Positions 10,770 to 23,684 of a stretch of DNA of 64,000 nucleotides are shown piece by piece. This DNA is from Eledone cirrhosa (lineage: Eukaryota), in the NCBI GenBank assembly GCA_964016885.1, contig OZ024741.1:235600001-235664000 (forward strand), read 5' to 3'. Numbering within the stretch: position 1 is the stretch's first letter; each line of letters starts with the position of its first letter. Both the position numbers and the translations under genes were made by a program. Under the pieces are notes generated by a model that was given only the letters and a program-made list of their open reading frames with translations, did no database searches and had not been told where the DNA came from.

Positions 10770-13547
10770 ATGATGGATAAAACTAATTTGTCGAAAATTA
10801 CAGAGGAGGTTGTTGTTAAGAAAAGTGGTGAGGTGACAATACCTGACCGTCCTTCACATGCTATTTCATATGAAAGACAATTTGCTCAACCATACACAAT
10901 CCCAGCAGCTCATCGGAGACCAACTACTACTAGCCCTAAACCACCACCCCCATTCTCACACCCGATTTTAAGTAACCAATTCCTTCAACGTTGTTACTTA
11001 AAGACACATGGACTATTTCCTACAAACCAGAAGATCTTCCACGATGATATCTATGGAAAACAGTTTATGCAAAACTGTTTCCTGGCCACATCTCTCCAAG
11101 AGTGTGCTGGAGAGAATGGCTGTGCTGGTACCAATGGAGTGCTTGACAAGCAAGCGTCGTCACTTGATGTTGATGTTACAGAGAAACGGAACATCGATTG
11201 CAATGGTATTGCTGGTAAGGAGAACAACTGCAGTGATTCTTACTGCAACAATGACTCTATCCATATGCAGCACAAACCGGTGCCTCTCTTTAAGAAGGAC
11301 CTGACATCGACAAGTATGGTTAGTCGAATGTCTACATCTGGTCATCTTTTGCTGCAGTCACCAGTAGTGCCAGAGAAGCCATTCCACTGTGATCTGTGTC
11401 CCAAGAAGTTCACACGGAGGAACACATTGCAAATCCACAAGCGGATACACACTGGAGAAAAGTTATTTCAGTGTAGCTACTGTACAAAACAGTTTGTCCA
11501 CAGAGACAAGTTGCAGATTCATGAGAGAACACACACAGGAGAGAAACCATTCCACTGCACTTATTGTCCAAAACAATTTTCCCGTAAGGATAAACTCAAG
11601 ATACACGAGACTGTCCACACTGGTGCAAAACCCTATCACTGCGAGTTCTGTATGAAACAGTTTTCACGAGGAGATAAACTCCAAATACATCGAAGGATTC
11701 ACACTGGGGAAAGACCATTTCCTTGTTCCTATTGCAGCAAAAGATTCATTCAACGAGAAAAACTGAAGATTCATGAGAGAATCCACACTGGAGAACGTCC
11801 TTTCTCTTGTGAGATTTGTTTGAAGCAGTTTTCTCGTGGGGACAAACTACAGGTCCATCGCAGGACACATACAGGTGAGAAACCCTTTGCCTGTGACATT
11901 TGTCCCAAATCTTTTGCTCAAAAGGACAACTTAGTAATCCATAGACGAACTCACACAGGTGAGAAACCATTTGCTTGTGAAATCTGTACAAAATGCTTTT
12001 CTCGCCGTGATAAGCTGCAACTGCATCGGAAAATCCATACAGGGGACAGACCATTTCAGTGTAACTATTGTCCGAAACAGTTTATCCAGAGAGATAAACT
12101 GATGATACACGAAAGGACACATACTGGGGAAAAACCTTTCCATTGTGATCTTTGTAGCAGACAGTTTGCCAGGAAAGATAAACTTCAAGTACATCGCAGA
12201 ATACACACTGGAGAGAAACCTTTCCACTGTGAATTCTGTTCTCGTGACTTCAATCGCAGTGACAAGTTACAAATACACAGGCGCATTCACTTGAATAATC
12301 TCAACAATGGTAGTACAGCTGACAAGAACCACACTGAACCTTGTGATATATGCTTGAAGAAGGACTTCCTTGCACAACAACAGAGAATCCAGGTGAGCAA
12401 CGGTACCGAGGATGCCCTGAAGAAGGACTTCTTTGCACAACAACAGAGAATCCAGCTGAGCAACAGTACCGAGGATGCCCTAAAGAAGGACTTCTTTGCA
12501 CAACAACAGAGAATCCAGCTAAGCAACAGTACCGAGGATGCTCTAAAGAAGGACTTCTTTGCACAACAACAGAGAATCCAGCTGAGCAATGGTACCGAGG
12601 ATGTCCTGAAGAAGGACTTCCTTGCACAACAACAGAGAATCCAGCTGAGCAACAGCACCGAGGATGAACTGAAGAAGGACTTCCTTGCGCAACAGAGAAT
12701 CCAGCTGAGCAATGGTACCGAGGATGCCCTGAAGAAGGACTTCCTTGCACAACAGAGAATCCAGCTGAGCAATGGTACCGAGGATGTCCTGAAGAAGGAC
12801 TTCCTTGCACAACAACAGAGAATTCAGGTGAGCAATGGTACCGAGGATGTCCTGAAGAAGGACTTCTTTGCACAGCAACAGAGAATCCAGCTGAGCAATG
12901 GTACCGAGGATGTCCTGAAGAAGGACTTCTTTGCACAACAACAGAGAATCCAGCTGAGCAATGGTACTGAGGATGTCCTGAAGAAGGACTTCCTTGCACA
13001 ACAGAGAATCCAGCTGAGCAATGGTACTGAGGATGCCCTGAAGAAGGACTTCCTTGCACAACAGAGAATTCAGGTGAGCAATGGTACCGAGGATGTCCTG
13101 AAGAAGGACTTCCTTGCACAACAACAGAGAATTCAGGTGAGCAATGGTACCGAGGATGTCCTGAAGAAGGACTTCTTTGCACAACAACAGAGAATCCAGG
13201 TGAGCAATGGTACCGAGGATGCCCATATATTAGCAATGAACAACCATGAAAGCATCATTACTGTTCCTGCAGTTGCTCACCAACGCACTGAAGACCATTC
13301 TGCTCTACATGAGTGCCATGTATGTCTGCAAAAATTCCCAGACAAAGAAACCGTTTTGCTGCACATGAAGATTCACAGTGAACCTCTGTTGCAATGCAAT
13401 ATGTGTCCGCGACAGTTTGCATCTGCACTCAAGTTGCAGAGCCACCAGAAAACACATGGTCCTGTGAAAAATAATTTCTTAAAACCAAATTCCTGCAAAA
13501 ACCTCAGAGATTATACACCAGTGAGTTCTATACTCTGTCCCTGGTGA
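10770..13547 (+). CDS. C2H2 (Kruppel-type) zinc-finger protein, about 925 aa: 11 tandem fingers, a 14-copy internal repeat and 2 C-terminal fingers
   Basis: Uninterrupted ORF with CxxC-x12-HxxxH fingers joined by TGEKP-type linkers (about 11381-12290) and two further fingers near 13308-13457. First in-frame ATG is at 10770; the track start at 10725 is a GTG. Confidence 0.93.
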   Translation: MMDKTNLSKITEEVVVKKSGEVTIPDRPSHAISYERQFAQPYTIPAAHRRPTTTSPKPPPPFSHPILSNQFLQRCYLKTHGLFPTNQKIFHDDIYGKQFMQNCFLATSLQECAGENGCAGTNGVLDKQASSLDVDVTEKRNIDCNGIAGKENNCSDSYCNNDSIHMQHKPVPLFKKDLTSTSMVSRMSTSGHLLLQSPVVPEKPFHCDLCPKKFTRRNTLQIHKRIHTGEKLFQCSYCTKQFVHRDKLQIHERTHTGEKPFHCTYCPKQFSRKDKLKIHETVHTGAKPYHCEFCMKQFSRGDKLQIHRRIHTGERPFPCSYCSKRFIQREKLKIHERIHTGERPFSCEICLKQFSRGDKLQVHRRTHTGEKPFACDICPKSFAQKDNLVIHRRTHTGEKPFACEICTKCFSRRDKLQLHRKIHTGDRPFQCNYCPKQFIQRDKLMIHERTHTGEKPFHCDLCSRQFARKDKLQVHRRIHTGEKPFHCEFCSRDFNRSDKLQIHRRIHLNNLNNGSTADKNHTEPCDICLKKDFLAQQQRIQVSNGTEDALKKDFFAQQQRIQLSNSTEDALKKDFFAQQQRIQLSNSTEDALKKDFFAQQQRIQLSNGTEDVLKKDFLAQQQRIQLSNSTEDELKKDFLAQQRIQLSNGTEDALKKDFLAQQRIQLSNGTEDVLKKDFLAQQQRIQVSNGTEDVLKKDFFAQQQRIQLSNGTEDVLKKDFFAQQQRIQLSNGTEDVLKKDFLAQQRIQLSNGTEDALKKDFLAQQRIQVSNGTEDVLKKDFLAQQQRIQVSNGTEDVLKKDFFAQQQRIQVSNGTEDAHILAMNNHESIITVPAVAHQRTEDHSALHECHVCLQKFPDKETVLLHMKIHSEPLLQCNMCPRQFASALKLQSHQKTHGPVKNNFLKPNSCKNLRDYTPVSSILCPW
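12354..13223 (+). repeat. Coding minisatellite, 14 units of 63/60 bp (LKKDF[LF]AQQ(Q)RIQ[LV]SN[GS]TED[AVE])
   Basis: Ten 63-bp and four 60-bp units counted from the translation. All indels preserve frame. Confidence 0.95.
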
Positions 13548-13665
13548 TTGTACCCTCTCTTCAGATAATAATACATATAGATTTATATGATTCTGCATAG
13601 ACAATATACACACAGAAAAAAATATATATACATATATACACTTGTGCATTTATGACTCCTTACAT

Positions 13666-13725
13666 ACATGTATACTTACACATATGAAAACTTTAACATG
13701 TATACTTACACATATGAAAACTTTA
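13666..13725. repeat. Exact 30-bp tandem duplication in the putative 3' UTR
   Basis: ACATGTATACTTACACATATGAAAACTTTA twice. Confidence 0.85.
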
Positions 13726-16063
13726 GTTGATTGAGACAACTACACTTGTGCACCACAGTGAGGGGTTAAACCTCTCAGCTGTAGGAAGTCTTTGTAACAG
13801 TGGATGTCATATTTAGACTTGATCTCGGACACCTGGTGATGTTTTCTTTGAAATTTTTTTTTTTGTTTCTATTATTACTATTATTGACGCCTCCTTCAAC
13901 ATCTTGCCACACTTTTATGACGGATCAACAGCAAACTGACTTTTGTTTAATATACTGGCCCACACCAGTATATATACACTTCCCCCATTTCTTCAGGCTA
14001 ACTTAAAGAAATATATTTAAAAAAACATGGTATCTATATCTACCACACACACATACATGTTTACAAATATATATATTTGCCCAATGCTGTGTCCTCTCCT
14101 TACTTGCTCAACTCAACTACTAACAATGGCTACTGTTCATCCGAACTTAGCCTGCTAAACTCCAGCTGAACACTCTACTTCCCAACACACATGCCCCCTC
14201 TGTCTTTCTCTCATTTTGAGGCTATAGTATTTGTGATTAAATTAAAAACTTCCATCATAATTTTATGTAAAGTTATGTTCCAAATACTCAGCTTAAGAAA
14301 TAAAAAAATAAATTTTTACCAAGTACCTTTAAATTTGTGTATTTTATGGAAAATAGGATCATTGCATTCCTATCACTCCATACTCCCTGCACCTCTATCA
14401 CACACATTCAGTTCCCTTGTCGCCAGCCCCATACATACATAACGAATCAGTCCTAGTCCTGTGACTTCAGTATAGCTCACATGGTGGCATGAACTCTGCA
14501 TCGTTCATTGTTTAATGAACATAGGACTAAAGCTGTCATCTGTTTTCCATTGACTGAGCAACTACTCAACACTCATATACAGCCATACTTTGGCCAGCAC
14601 AAGTCTTGAAGGAGCCAAAAGTAGAAAATATTGTAAATTAAACCTCAAATTTAACTCTTTATTTACCAATGTTCTTTATTTTACCAAAATTAAAAAGAAA
14701 AATGAAGCCTTATGGTTTCTTTTAAACATATTTCTTGTTCTTGTTCTTCTTCATATTGTTGCTATTGTTAATGTCTACCATTACTATGTGACCCTCTTGC
14801 AGGTCAGCCTTGCTCAAGATCTGAAAATAAATGTTTGCTTGTAGCGTATTCTTGACTTGGAAATATTTTCAGGTGAGATTTAGTAATGATTTGTCTTCTA
14901 TGTTTATATATAGGGAGTCTCAATAGTCACTATCTATTTTGAATAACAATAAGTGCACCAAAATAGATAATAATGTTTAAAAGACCTTGTATAGGAAAGC
15001 AATGCTCTTGTGTTCTGTGTGTGTGTGTGTATACATATATATGAAGGCAATGCTTTAGTATGGGTTTGTCTAAGCTGATTAACTCTTTAGATACAATTCC
15101 AAACTGCCCATGGTCCTATGATACAAATTTATTTTAAAGTGTTTATATTTGTCTAAAAACATTCCATCATGATTTTATGTAAGAACATGTTATGTTCCAA
15201 ACATTAGCTTGATGATGAGAAAGTTAGTTATAATCATCTTAGTGTCTAATCACCATATTCCAGACTCCATGCTGGCATGGGTTGGATCAGGTATATTACT
15301 CTGAGTTCTTTTTCAAAGTTAATGCCCTTCTAAGCTGTTCATAAGATTGTTTTGCTCATGTTCTTGGTGTGAGGAAATAGCATCTTCATTGAAATAAAAT
15401 TTACGTGACCAATGCAGTTGGTTGTTGCTTAGCCTCAGGTCAACACTGGCTGAGTAGACCTATGATCAAAAGAATTCTAGCCATGACCATTCTTTTTCAA
15501 GGTAGTAGAATGTAATTTGACAGACTGGTATTGGCTACAACACATTAGATCATAGGTCTGTTGAGTCAGTTGATTTAGGAGTAAACAACAATCTCACTAG
15601 TCTAGACAGGAGCTGCAATGGCTAAGGGCCTTGTGCCTTCCTTTAAAAGTTAAATGGAGGATTTTAAAATTCAATTATTCCCCCCAAAGCCATCCAACAA
15701 GAACAGTTTCAACCATCAGGTAAATCACTCAACCTGCTAGAAATAGCAGCCACATAGCCCTGCACTATCTTGGAAAAAAAACAACACTGGATAAAAGGCT
15801 CCCTGCATATAGGGAAAAGATTGAATGGTGATGGCTGGAATGGCTTTGACCATAGGTCTGGTGGATGGTCAAAATATAGACATTCAGTTATCTCAGGAAT
15901 GGTATTGTATTGTACAATTCAACCTTCATTTTGAAGATGGTAAAATGAGATTTGACTAACATTTCTAATAAGTTGAAAACCTATATCGGCTCCTTTGTTG
16001 GCTCATAAATACAGATATGTTTGTAAGTTGACAAAGAAAAATTCTTAATTTTGATATATATCA

Positions 16064-16478
16064 AGGCACATGGGCTTGCAAACGTAAGGTTGTGAGTTCA
16101 ATACTCGGACTGGGTGATGTGTTGTCTTTGAGCAAGACACTTTATTTCACATTGCTCCAGTTTACTCAGCTGTAGAAATGACATGATAGGACTGGGGTCC
16201 CTATCATTCCACTGCAAAGTGGTCGTGGAGGTGCCACGGCAAAAAGCTCCCAGCCCACACTGTAAAGTGGACGTGTAGGCGCCACGGAAAAAAAGCACCC
16301 AGCACTCGCTGTAAATGAGGTTGGTGTTAGGAAGGGCATCCAGCTGTAGGAATCAAGCCAGAATCAGTTCCCGTATGAGCAAGACAAGGTCAGCCGACCG
16401 GACACTGCCCGCAACAGGACCACCCGTCTAACCCATGCTAGCGTGGAAGAACGGACGTAAAATGGTGATGATGATGAT
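16064..16478 (+). mobile_element. SINE family B, longer variant
   Basis: Same head and body as 9511-9857, with a duplicated internal AAAAAGCACCCAG unit and a (TGA)n tail. Confidence 0.85.
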
Positions 16479-17329
16479 CTCTGAAGTCTACATGAGAGGA
16501 ATTTCATTGAAAGGGTCTCAAAATATAGCCTTTTTTTTTTCCTAAAGTTCTCACAAGCTGAACAAAATATTCCCCCGTGTCTGACACTGGTGCCAATTCA
16601 TCACCTGTCATTTTTATTTAGTAAATTTTTCTAAAATCTGCACAGAAAAAATGAGATGATATAGGTATATACACACTGTGTGTGTGTGCGTGTATATGAA
16701 TATAGATGTAACCTATGTCAGCATGTAAAATTGGATACACACCACTAAAAAGAAAGTACCCAGTTCACCCTATAAATTAGTAGTGCTGGTGTTTTCCTTT
16801 TCTTTTTGTAAAGTTTTCTCCAATCTACATAGGGAATAATATAAGATGGTCAAAGTAAATATATATAAATATATCATTAAAGCTGAACAACAGTATTCAC
16901 AAACCAAACATTTGTAAACTGAGAATGGTAAAATTTTGGAGAGAATTATACAATCTTTGAAATATAAATTATTTCTATCTATACTTGCTTTTATAATAGG
17001 AACTCTATTGAACAAACAATCGATATAATCTTTGTACCCTCATCCTCCATGCCTACCCTATCCCTGTTATTAGTACATTGGATTATAATTAAACTTTGAT
17101 TCTTAATTAGTCGATATTTATTGTATTTCTTTTGTTTACTGTGTATCATCACACTGAACTTACTGGAACATTGTCAAACTAAAGTGAGAACATTGTGAAA
17201 CTGGTGAGACTTTAAGGCTGGCTTGGATCTAAAACAATAACTGATGGGTCAATGGTGAGTTAAAGGAACCTCTACGTTTTGCTCAACCAGCAGGATATAG
17301 CAACCCTAATTCCCTCAAATCACACTTTC

Positions 17330-18236
17330 TCTATGCTTGCATGGGTTGGATCTTTTCAAGCACAGCTTCACTTAACTCATTGCATTCCTTCATCATCTCT
17401 GTGAGTTTCACCATCTTTAGATCAGCTCTTACCACTTTTGTCATGGTTTACTTACTGCAGCTTCTTACCACTTCTTTGCCCAATGATCATCATCCATATA
17501 CATCACATATCCATACAATTACAGTCTAGTCTTCCCATATCCTCTCGATTCACCACATGTCTCACTGCCATGCAGCATTGCACTTTGAATGCAGGTATCA
17601 TAGAATCTACTCTTTACTCGTAAAGAAAGACCTTTTGTTCAACAAAGGTAATAATTCCCTGGATGCTTTCGATCTGGCTCTTATTCTATGCCTTCAGAGC
17701 AACTGCCTCCACTGCTAATTAAGTCACATAGTTAACAGAAGCTATTAACTACTTCTATGGGACCTTTCTGGGATTGGAAAGAGTTTGTTTTACTTACTAC
17801 TAACTATCCCTATGCATCTGCCACATACAAAAACTACATTTTCTGTTAGCTTGCCTACAATCTCACTACACTTCCTGTGTACCAATATTTTACATTGTGT
17901 ACACTATAGAGTTTCTACATACTGCTTTTCTGCACATTGAGCACAGCCATTTCCCTGATGGAATCAGAATTTTGTCTTCTTTCCTACTTACTAAAACTTT
18001 GGTCTTTGCCAAGTTTATTCCTAAGGTCTTTTTATTCTAATTTCTTTTCTAGCTCTTCCACCAATTCAACTAGGATAACTAGGTCGACAGCCTACAGAAG
18101 TTCCCAAGGACAGCTGGTCTTAAACTCCTCTGTAATAAGTAGGAGGAAACTGAACACATTGCCTACTCTTACTTTATTGGCAACACCTCTGTACATAGCT
18201 TCAACTGTTCTCACAAGCCACTCAGCTACACCCAGT
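17330..18236 (-). pseudogene. Decayed RTE LINE RT/3' fragment
   Basis: Minus strand matches the LINE at 47450-48620, e.g. GAGTTTAAGACCAGCTGTCCTTGGGAACTTCTG (EFKTxCPWELL). Many disruptions. Confidence 0.75.
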
Positions 18237-19962
18237 TAGATATAGCAGTTTGCACTTACTGTTTTAAATATAAGGAAATAATATGTGGGAGAATATACTT
18301 CTAGATATACCCCTAAAAAGATGGAGTGGTCACAATCCAAATTTTTTTGATCATAGGTCTACTCCATCTGAGATGACCTGGGGTTAAACAAAGGTATCTT
18401 TCATGATTCATTAACATCACTTTCACTCTGAATTATTGGAAAAAATTGTCTGATGGAATGGACTTCTGTCAGTATCAACAGTGTTCTGGTTGTTCAATCA
18501 ATGTATAACTTTCCCATGAAATTAACATAAATAGCTGAGCATTCCACAAACATGTATCTCAATGAGATTCAATGTGTGACTAGTGGCCTATTGTATTACA
18601 GGTACAACCCATTTGACAGGCTTTCAGTTTCCATCTACCCAATTTCATTCACAAAGTTTATGGTAAATGATACTTGCCCACGATGTCCCACAGGGTTTGA
18701 ACATGGCACCAAATGATAGCAAAGCAAACTCCTTAACTCTCTGGCCTTGCTCTATCCACTCTGATATTGAACCTGAATTACTTCTGTAGGATCTAGGGAG
18801 GGTGTGGTGTAGTGTAGATGGGGGAGAGTGCTTTTGTTACATCTACTAGAGTGAGAAAAGAGACCACAGAAGATGTCAACTTCCCAGCAATCTGTGATCA
18901 TGATGTCTTCACATCCCAGTGGAGTTGTTTCACTTCCTTTACCATGGCATCACCATTAAGAATGCTATTGGGGAAATGTATGAACATGACAAACTCATTT
19001 TTTCACCTACACTACCATCACCACCACCACCTGAAATATGGCTGCTTTTGTGTCATCAAGAAATAAAAGAAAGAAAGAATGAAAGAAAAATATTCTTGCA
19101 TTCCTGAGCTGGCAGTAGTAGTGGTGATGGTGACAGTGGGTGTTGTTGTGGTGGTGGTTATAGTGGAAGCAGCAGTGGTGGAGGAGGCAGCAGTAATGGT
19201 GGTAGGGGGTTAGTGGTAGTGGTGGTCGAATGTGATGGTGGTGGTTGGGAAGGGTGAGTGTTAGAAAGAGATATTGATTAGAAGACAGAGAGTGTGGGAG
19301 AGACTGGTTGGTTGCCAGAAAGGGGTGAAAGAGGGGGGGGGGGGGAATTGATTAGAGGAGGTGTGGGAGTGAACAAAGGAGTTGAGACTGATTGGAAAGT
19401 AAGAGGTGTTGCAGGTGGGGAAAGGGAAGAGAGGGAAACAGCATAGGAAGGGGGAGGGTAAAGGGAGGAAACTTGTTTAATTGGAGGGAAGAGAGATGGA
19501 AGAAGGGATTGATTGGAAGAAAAGGTGAGAGAGTAAAATATAGAAAGATAGAGAGAGAGAGATAAGCAAAGAAAGAAAGATAGATAGACAAACAGACAGA
19601 TATATAGATAAATTGATAGAGAGAGAGAGTGAAAGAGATATGTGTACACAAACAGATAGATAGATATACAGATAAATAGATAGGGAGAGAGATTGGAGGA
19701 TGGAGAGGAAGAAGAGATAAGTTGATTGAGGAAGAAAGAAGCAGGATGATATTGGAAAATGTAGCAAGGAGGATGGGGGTAGGGTGGATTGGGGAGGTGG
19801 GGGACTGAAGTAATTAAAATGTCTGGAAGTGTGAGAGTATGGAGGATGAGGAGTGTAGAAGATAATATCTGGTAGTGTGTCTAAAATGTGTGCAAGAAAT
19901 CATTAAAATCAACTGAAGTGACTGCAAGACATAACTAATGGAGTAATAGTTGTGTCCTACTA

Positions 19963-22866
19963 GCCAGACAAAGCTAATGTTATGGTGGTAACAATTACAA
20001 GACAAGACTAATGTCACACTAGTAGCAATTACCAGACAAAACTAATGCCATGGTGGTAGAAGTTACCAGATTAAACTAATGTCACAGTGGTAGCAATTAC
20101 CAGGTAAAACTAATGCCTTAGTGGTAGAAGTTACCAGACAAAACTAATGCCATGGTGGTAGAAGTTATTAGTCAAAACAAATGTCATGAAGGTAGAAGTT
20201 ACCAGACAAAACTAATGCCATGGTGGTGGCAATTACTAGGTAAAACTAATTTCTTGGCAGTATCGGTAGAGGGTCGGACGCCATGCTTTCCAGTATAGTT
20301 ACGTCCTTTTTCGATCTGAGTTCAAATCCCGCCGAGGTTGACTTTGCCTTTCATCCTTACGGGGTCGATAAAATAAAGTACCAGTAATGCACTGGGTAAT
20401 TGCTGGCCTTGTGCCTAAAGTAGAAACAATTAATTACCAGACAAAACTAATGCCATGGTGTTAGGAGTCACCAAACAAAACTAATATCACATTGGTAGAA
20501 ATTACCAGACAAAACTAATGCCATGGTGGTACAGATTACCAGACAAAACTAATGCCATGGTCGTAGAAATTACCAGACAAAACTAATGTCATGATGATAG
20601 AAGTTACCACACAAAACTAATGTCATGGTGATAGTTACCAGGCAAAACTAATGTCACATTGGTAGCAATTGCCAAGTAAAACTAATGCTTTGGTAGTAGA
20701 AGTTACCAGACAAAACTAATGTCATGGTGATAGTAGTTACCAGACAAAACTAATGCCATAGTGGTAGGAGTCACCAAACAAAAAAATGTCATATTGGTAG
20801 AAATTATCAGACAAAACTAATACCATGGTGGTAGAAGTTACCAGACAAAACTAATGTTGTGGTGGTAGTGGTTACCAGACAAAACTAGTGCTATGGTGGT
20901 AGAAGTTACCAGACAAAACTAATGTCATGGTGGTAGTAGTTATTAGATAAAACTAATGTCATGGTGGTAGTAGTTACCAGACAAAACTAATGCTGAGGTG
21001 TATCAACTACCAGACAAAACTAATACCATGGTGGTAGAGATTACCAGACAAAACTAATTCCATGGTTGTAGAAATTACTAGACAAAACTAATGTCATGAT
21101 GATAGAAGTTACCACACAAAACTAATGCCATGGTGATAGTAGTTACCAGGCAAAACTAATGCCACATTGGTAGCAATTGCCAGGTAAAACTAATGCTTTC
21201 ATGGTAGAAATTACCAGACAAAACTAATGTCATGGTGGTAGTAGTTACCAAGTAAAACTAATGTCATGGTGGTAGTAGTTACCAAGTAAAACTAATGTCA
21301 TTGTGGTAACAATTACCAGACAAAACTAATGCCATGGTGGTAGACATTACCAGACAAAACTAATGCCATGGTGATAGGAGTCACCAAACAAAAGTAATGT
21401 CATATTGGTAGAAATTATCAGACAAAACTAATACCATGGTGGTAGAAGTTACCAGACAAAACTAATGTTGTGGTGGTAGAAATTACCAGACAAAACTAAT
21501 GCCATGGTCGTAGAAATTACCAGACAAAACTAATGTCATGATGATAGAAGTTAACAGATAAAACTAATGCCATGGTGATAGTAGTTACCAGGCAAAACTA
21601 ATGTCACATTGGTAGCAATTACCAGGTAAGACTAATGCCTTGGTGGTAGAACTTACCAGACAAAATTAATGCTATGGTGGTAGGAGTCACCAAACAAAAC
21701 TAATGTCACATTGGTAGAGATTACCAGACAAAACTAATGCCATGGTCGTAGAAATTACAGACAAAACTAATGTCATGATGATAGAAGTTACCACACAAAA
21801 CTAATACTATGGTGATAGTAGTTACCAGACAAACTAATGTCACATTGGTAGCAATTGCCAGGTAAAACTAATGCTTTGGTGGTAGAAGTTACCAGAAAAA
21901 AACTGATGTCACACTGGTAGCAATTACCAAGTAAAACTAATGCCTTAGTGGTAGAAGTTACCAGACAAAACTAATGTCACGGTGGTAGAAGTTACCAGAG
22001 AAAACTAATGTCATGGTGGTAGTAGTTACCAGACAAAACTAATGTATTGGTGGTAGTGGTTACCAGATAAAACTAATTCCTTGGTGGTACCAATTACCAG
22101 ACAAAACTAATGATGCGGTGGTAGACGTTACCAGACAAAACTAATTCCATCGTGTAACAACTACCAGACAAAACTAATACCATGGCGGGAGAGATTACCA
22201 AACAAATCTAATGCCATGGTCGTAGAAATTACCAGACAAAACTAATGTTGTGTAGGTAGAAGTTACCACACAAAACTAATGCTATGGTGATAGTAGTTAC
22301 CAGACAAAACTAATGTCACATTGGTAGCAATTGCCAGGTAAAACTAATGCTTTGGTGGTAGAAGTTACCAGAAAAAAACTGATGTCACACTGGTAGCAAT
22401 TACCAAGTAAAACTAATGCCTTAGTGGTAGAAGTTACCAGACAAAACTAATGTCACGGTGGTAGAAGTTACCAGAGAAAACTAATGTCATGGTGGTAGTA
22501 GTTACCAGACAAAACTAATGTATTGGTGGTAGTGGTTACCAGATAAAACTAATTCCTTGGTGGTACCAATTACCAGACAAAACTAATGATGCGGTGGTAG
22601 ACGTTACCAGACAAAACTAATTCCATGGTGTAACAACTACCAGACAAAACTAATACCATGGCGGGAGAGATTACCAAACAAATCTAATGCCATGGTCGTA
22701 GAAATTACCAGACAAAACTAATGTCGTGTAGGTAGAAGTTACCACACGAAACTAATGTCATGGTGATACCAATTACCAGACAAAACTAGTGCCATGGTGG
22801 TAGGTAGCAATTACTAGACAAAACTGTTGCCATGGTGATAGGTACTAATTACCAGACAAAACCAAT
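19963..22866. repeat. 34-bp satellite (consensus ACCAGACAAAACTAATGCCATGGTGGTAGAAGTT), about 80 units
   Basis: Period 34 measured (TTACCAG at 20838 and 20872). Interrupted by a SINE at 20254-20430. Confidence 0.95.
20254..20430 (+). mobile_element. tRNA-derived SINE family A inserted into the 34-bp satellite
   Basis: TTGGCAGTATCGGTAGAG...GAGTTCAAATCCCGCC...GTAGAAACAAT. Confidence 0.88.
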
Positions 22867-23580
22867 ACAATAGTTAATTAACAGCAATACATTTCAATAA
22901 CAATTTTTTCATTATATCTGCTACAGGGTTAACAACTGAAGGAATTCAATTTTAAACTAACTAGGTCTCATCAGTTTCTCATCATTCTACTGTGCGGGTA
23001 TTTGAACAGACAACGGTCTTACAATATATTCTCAGATTGAACAAAACTTGAAATTTGATAGATAAAAACTATATGAAAGTCTGCTAAAAGGAATGTTTCT
23101 CTTTTGTTAGGGTTGCCCACTTTAACACCACTACCTAGTACAACCTGGTTCTTGATCAACTAAACCAGTTCCCCCACCAGACTCTGATCTGGTGAGGAGG
23201 GTAAGTGGAACCACAGCAGCACAAAAGCAAGAACTGTTTAAAAGGGAAATGAACACCTCAGAATCAATGCCCATCCACCCCAACTATGGTTACACCTATG
23301 ACATGACCAAAACCAAACCGAAATGTCAACCAGGGAGAGGATCCTCAAACAGGAGTGAAAAGGCTCTGGACTTGACTGGGATTGAATCTTTCTTTCTCCC
23401 CTCTCTCTCTGGAAGAAATTGACTATTCCAGCCTAGAGAAGGATGAGCAAGATGGTTGGATAAACCATTAGCTCAGTTGGTCTTTCTTGGAGATCAATTG
23501 AAGATGGTTAATTCTGATAGGACACTCTGAAAAGCATGCCTGAGGATCTGCACCTGCAGCCCTCCCAGGAATAAATGAAC

Positions 23581-23632
23581 GAAGAAGAAGAAGAAGAAGA
23601 AGAAGAAGAAGAAGAAGAAGAAGAAGAAGAAG

Positions 23633-23661
<29 letters not shown>
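23581..23661. repeat. (GAA)27 microsatellite
   Basis: Pure GAA run. Confidence 0.97.
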
Positions 23662-23663
<2 letters not shown>

Positions 23664-23684
23664 TATGTTATTGCAGTTACTGTT

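Noticed and set aside
12287-13236. Antisense ORFs over the ZNF repeat
   Set aside because: Shadows of an in-frame tandem repeat.
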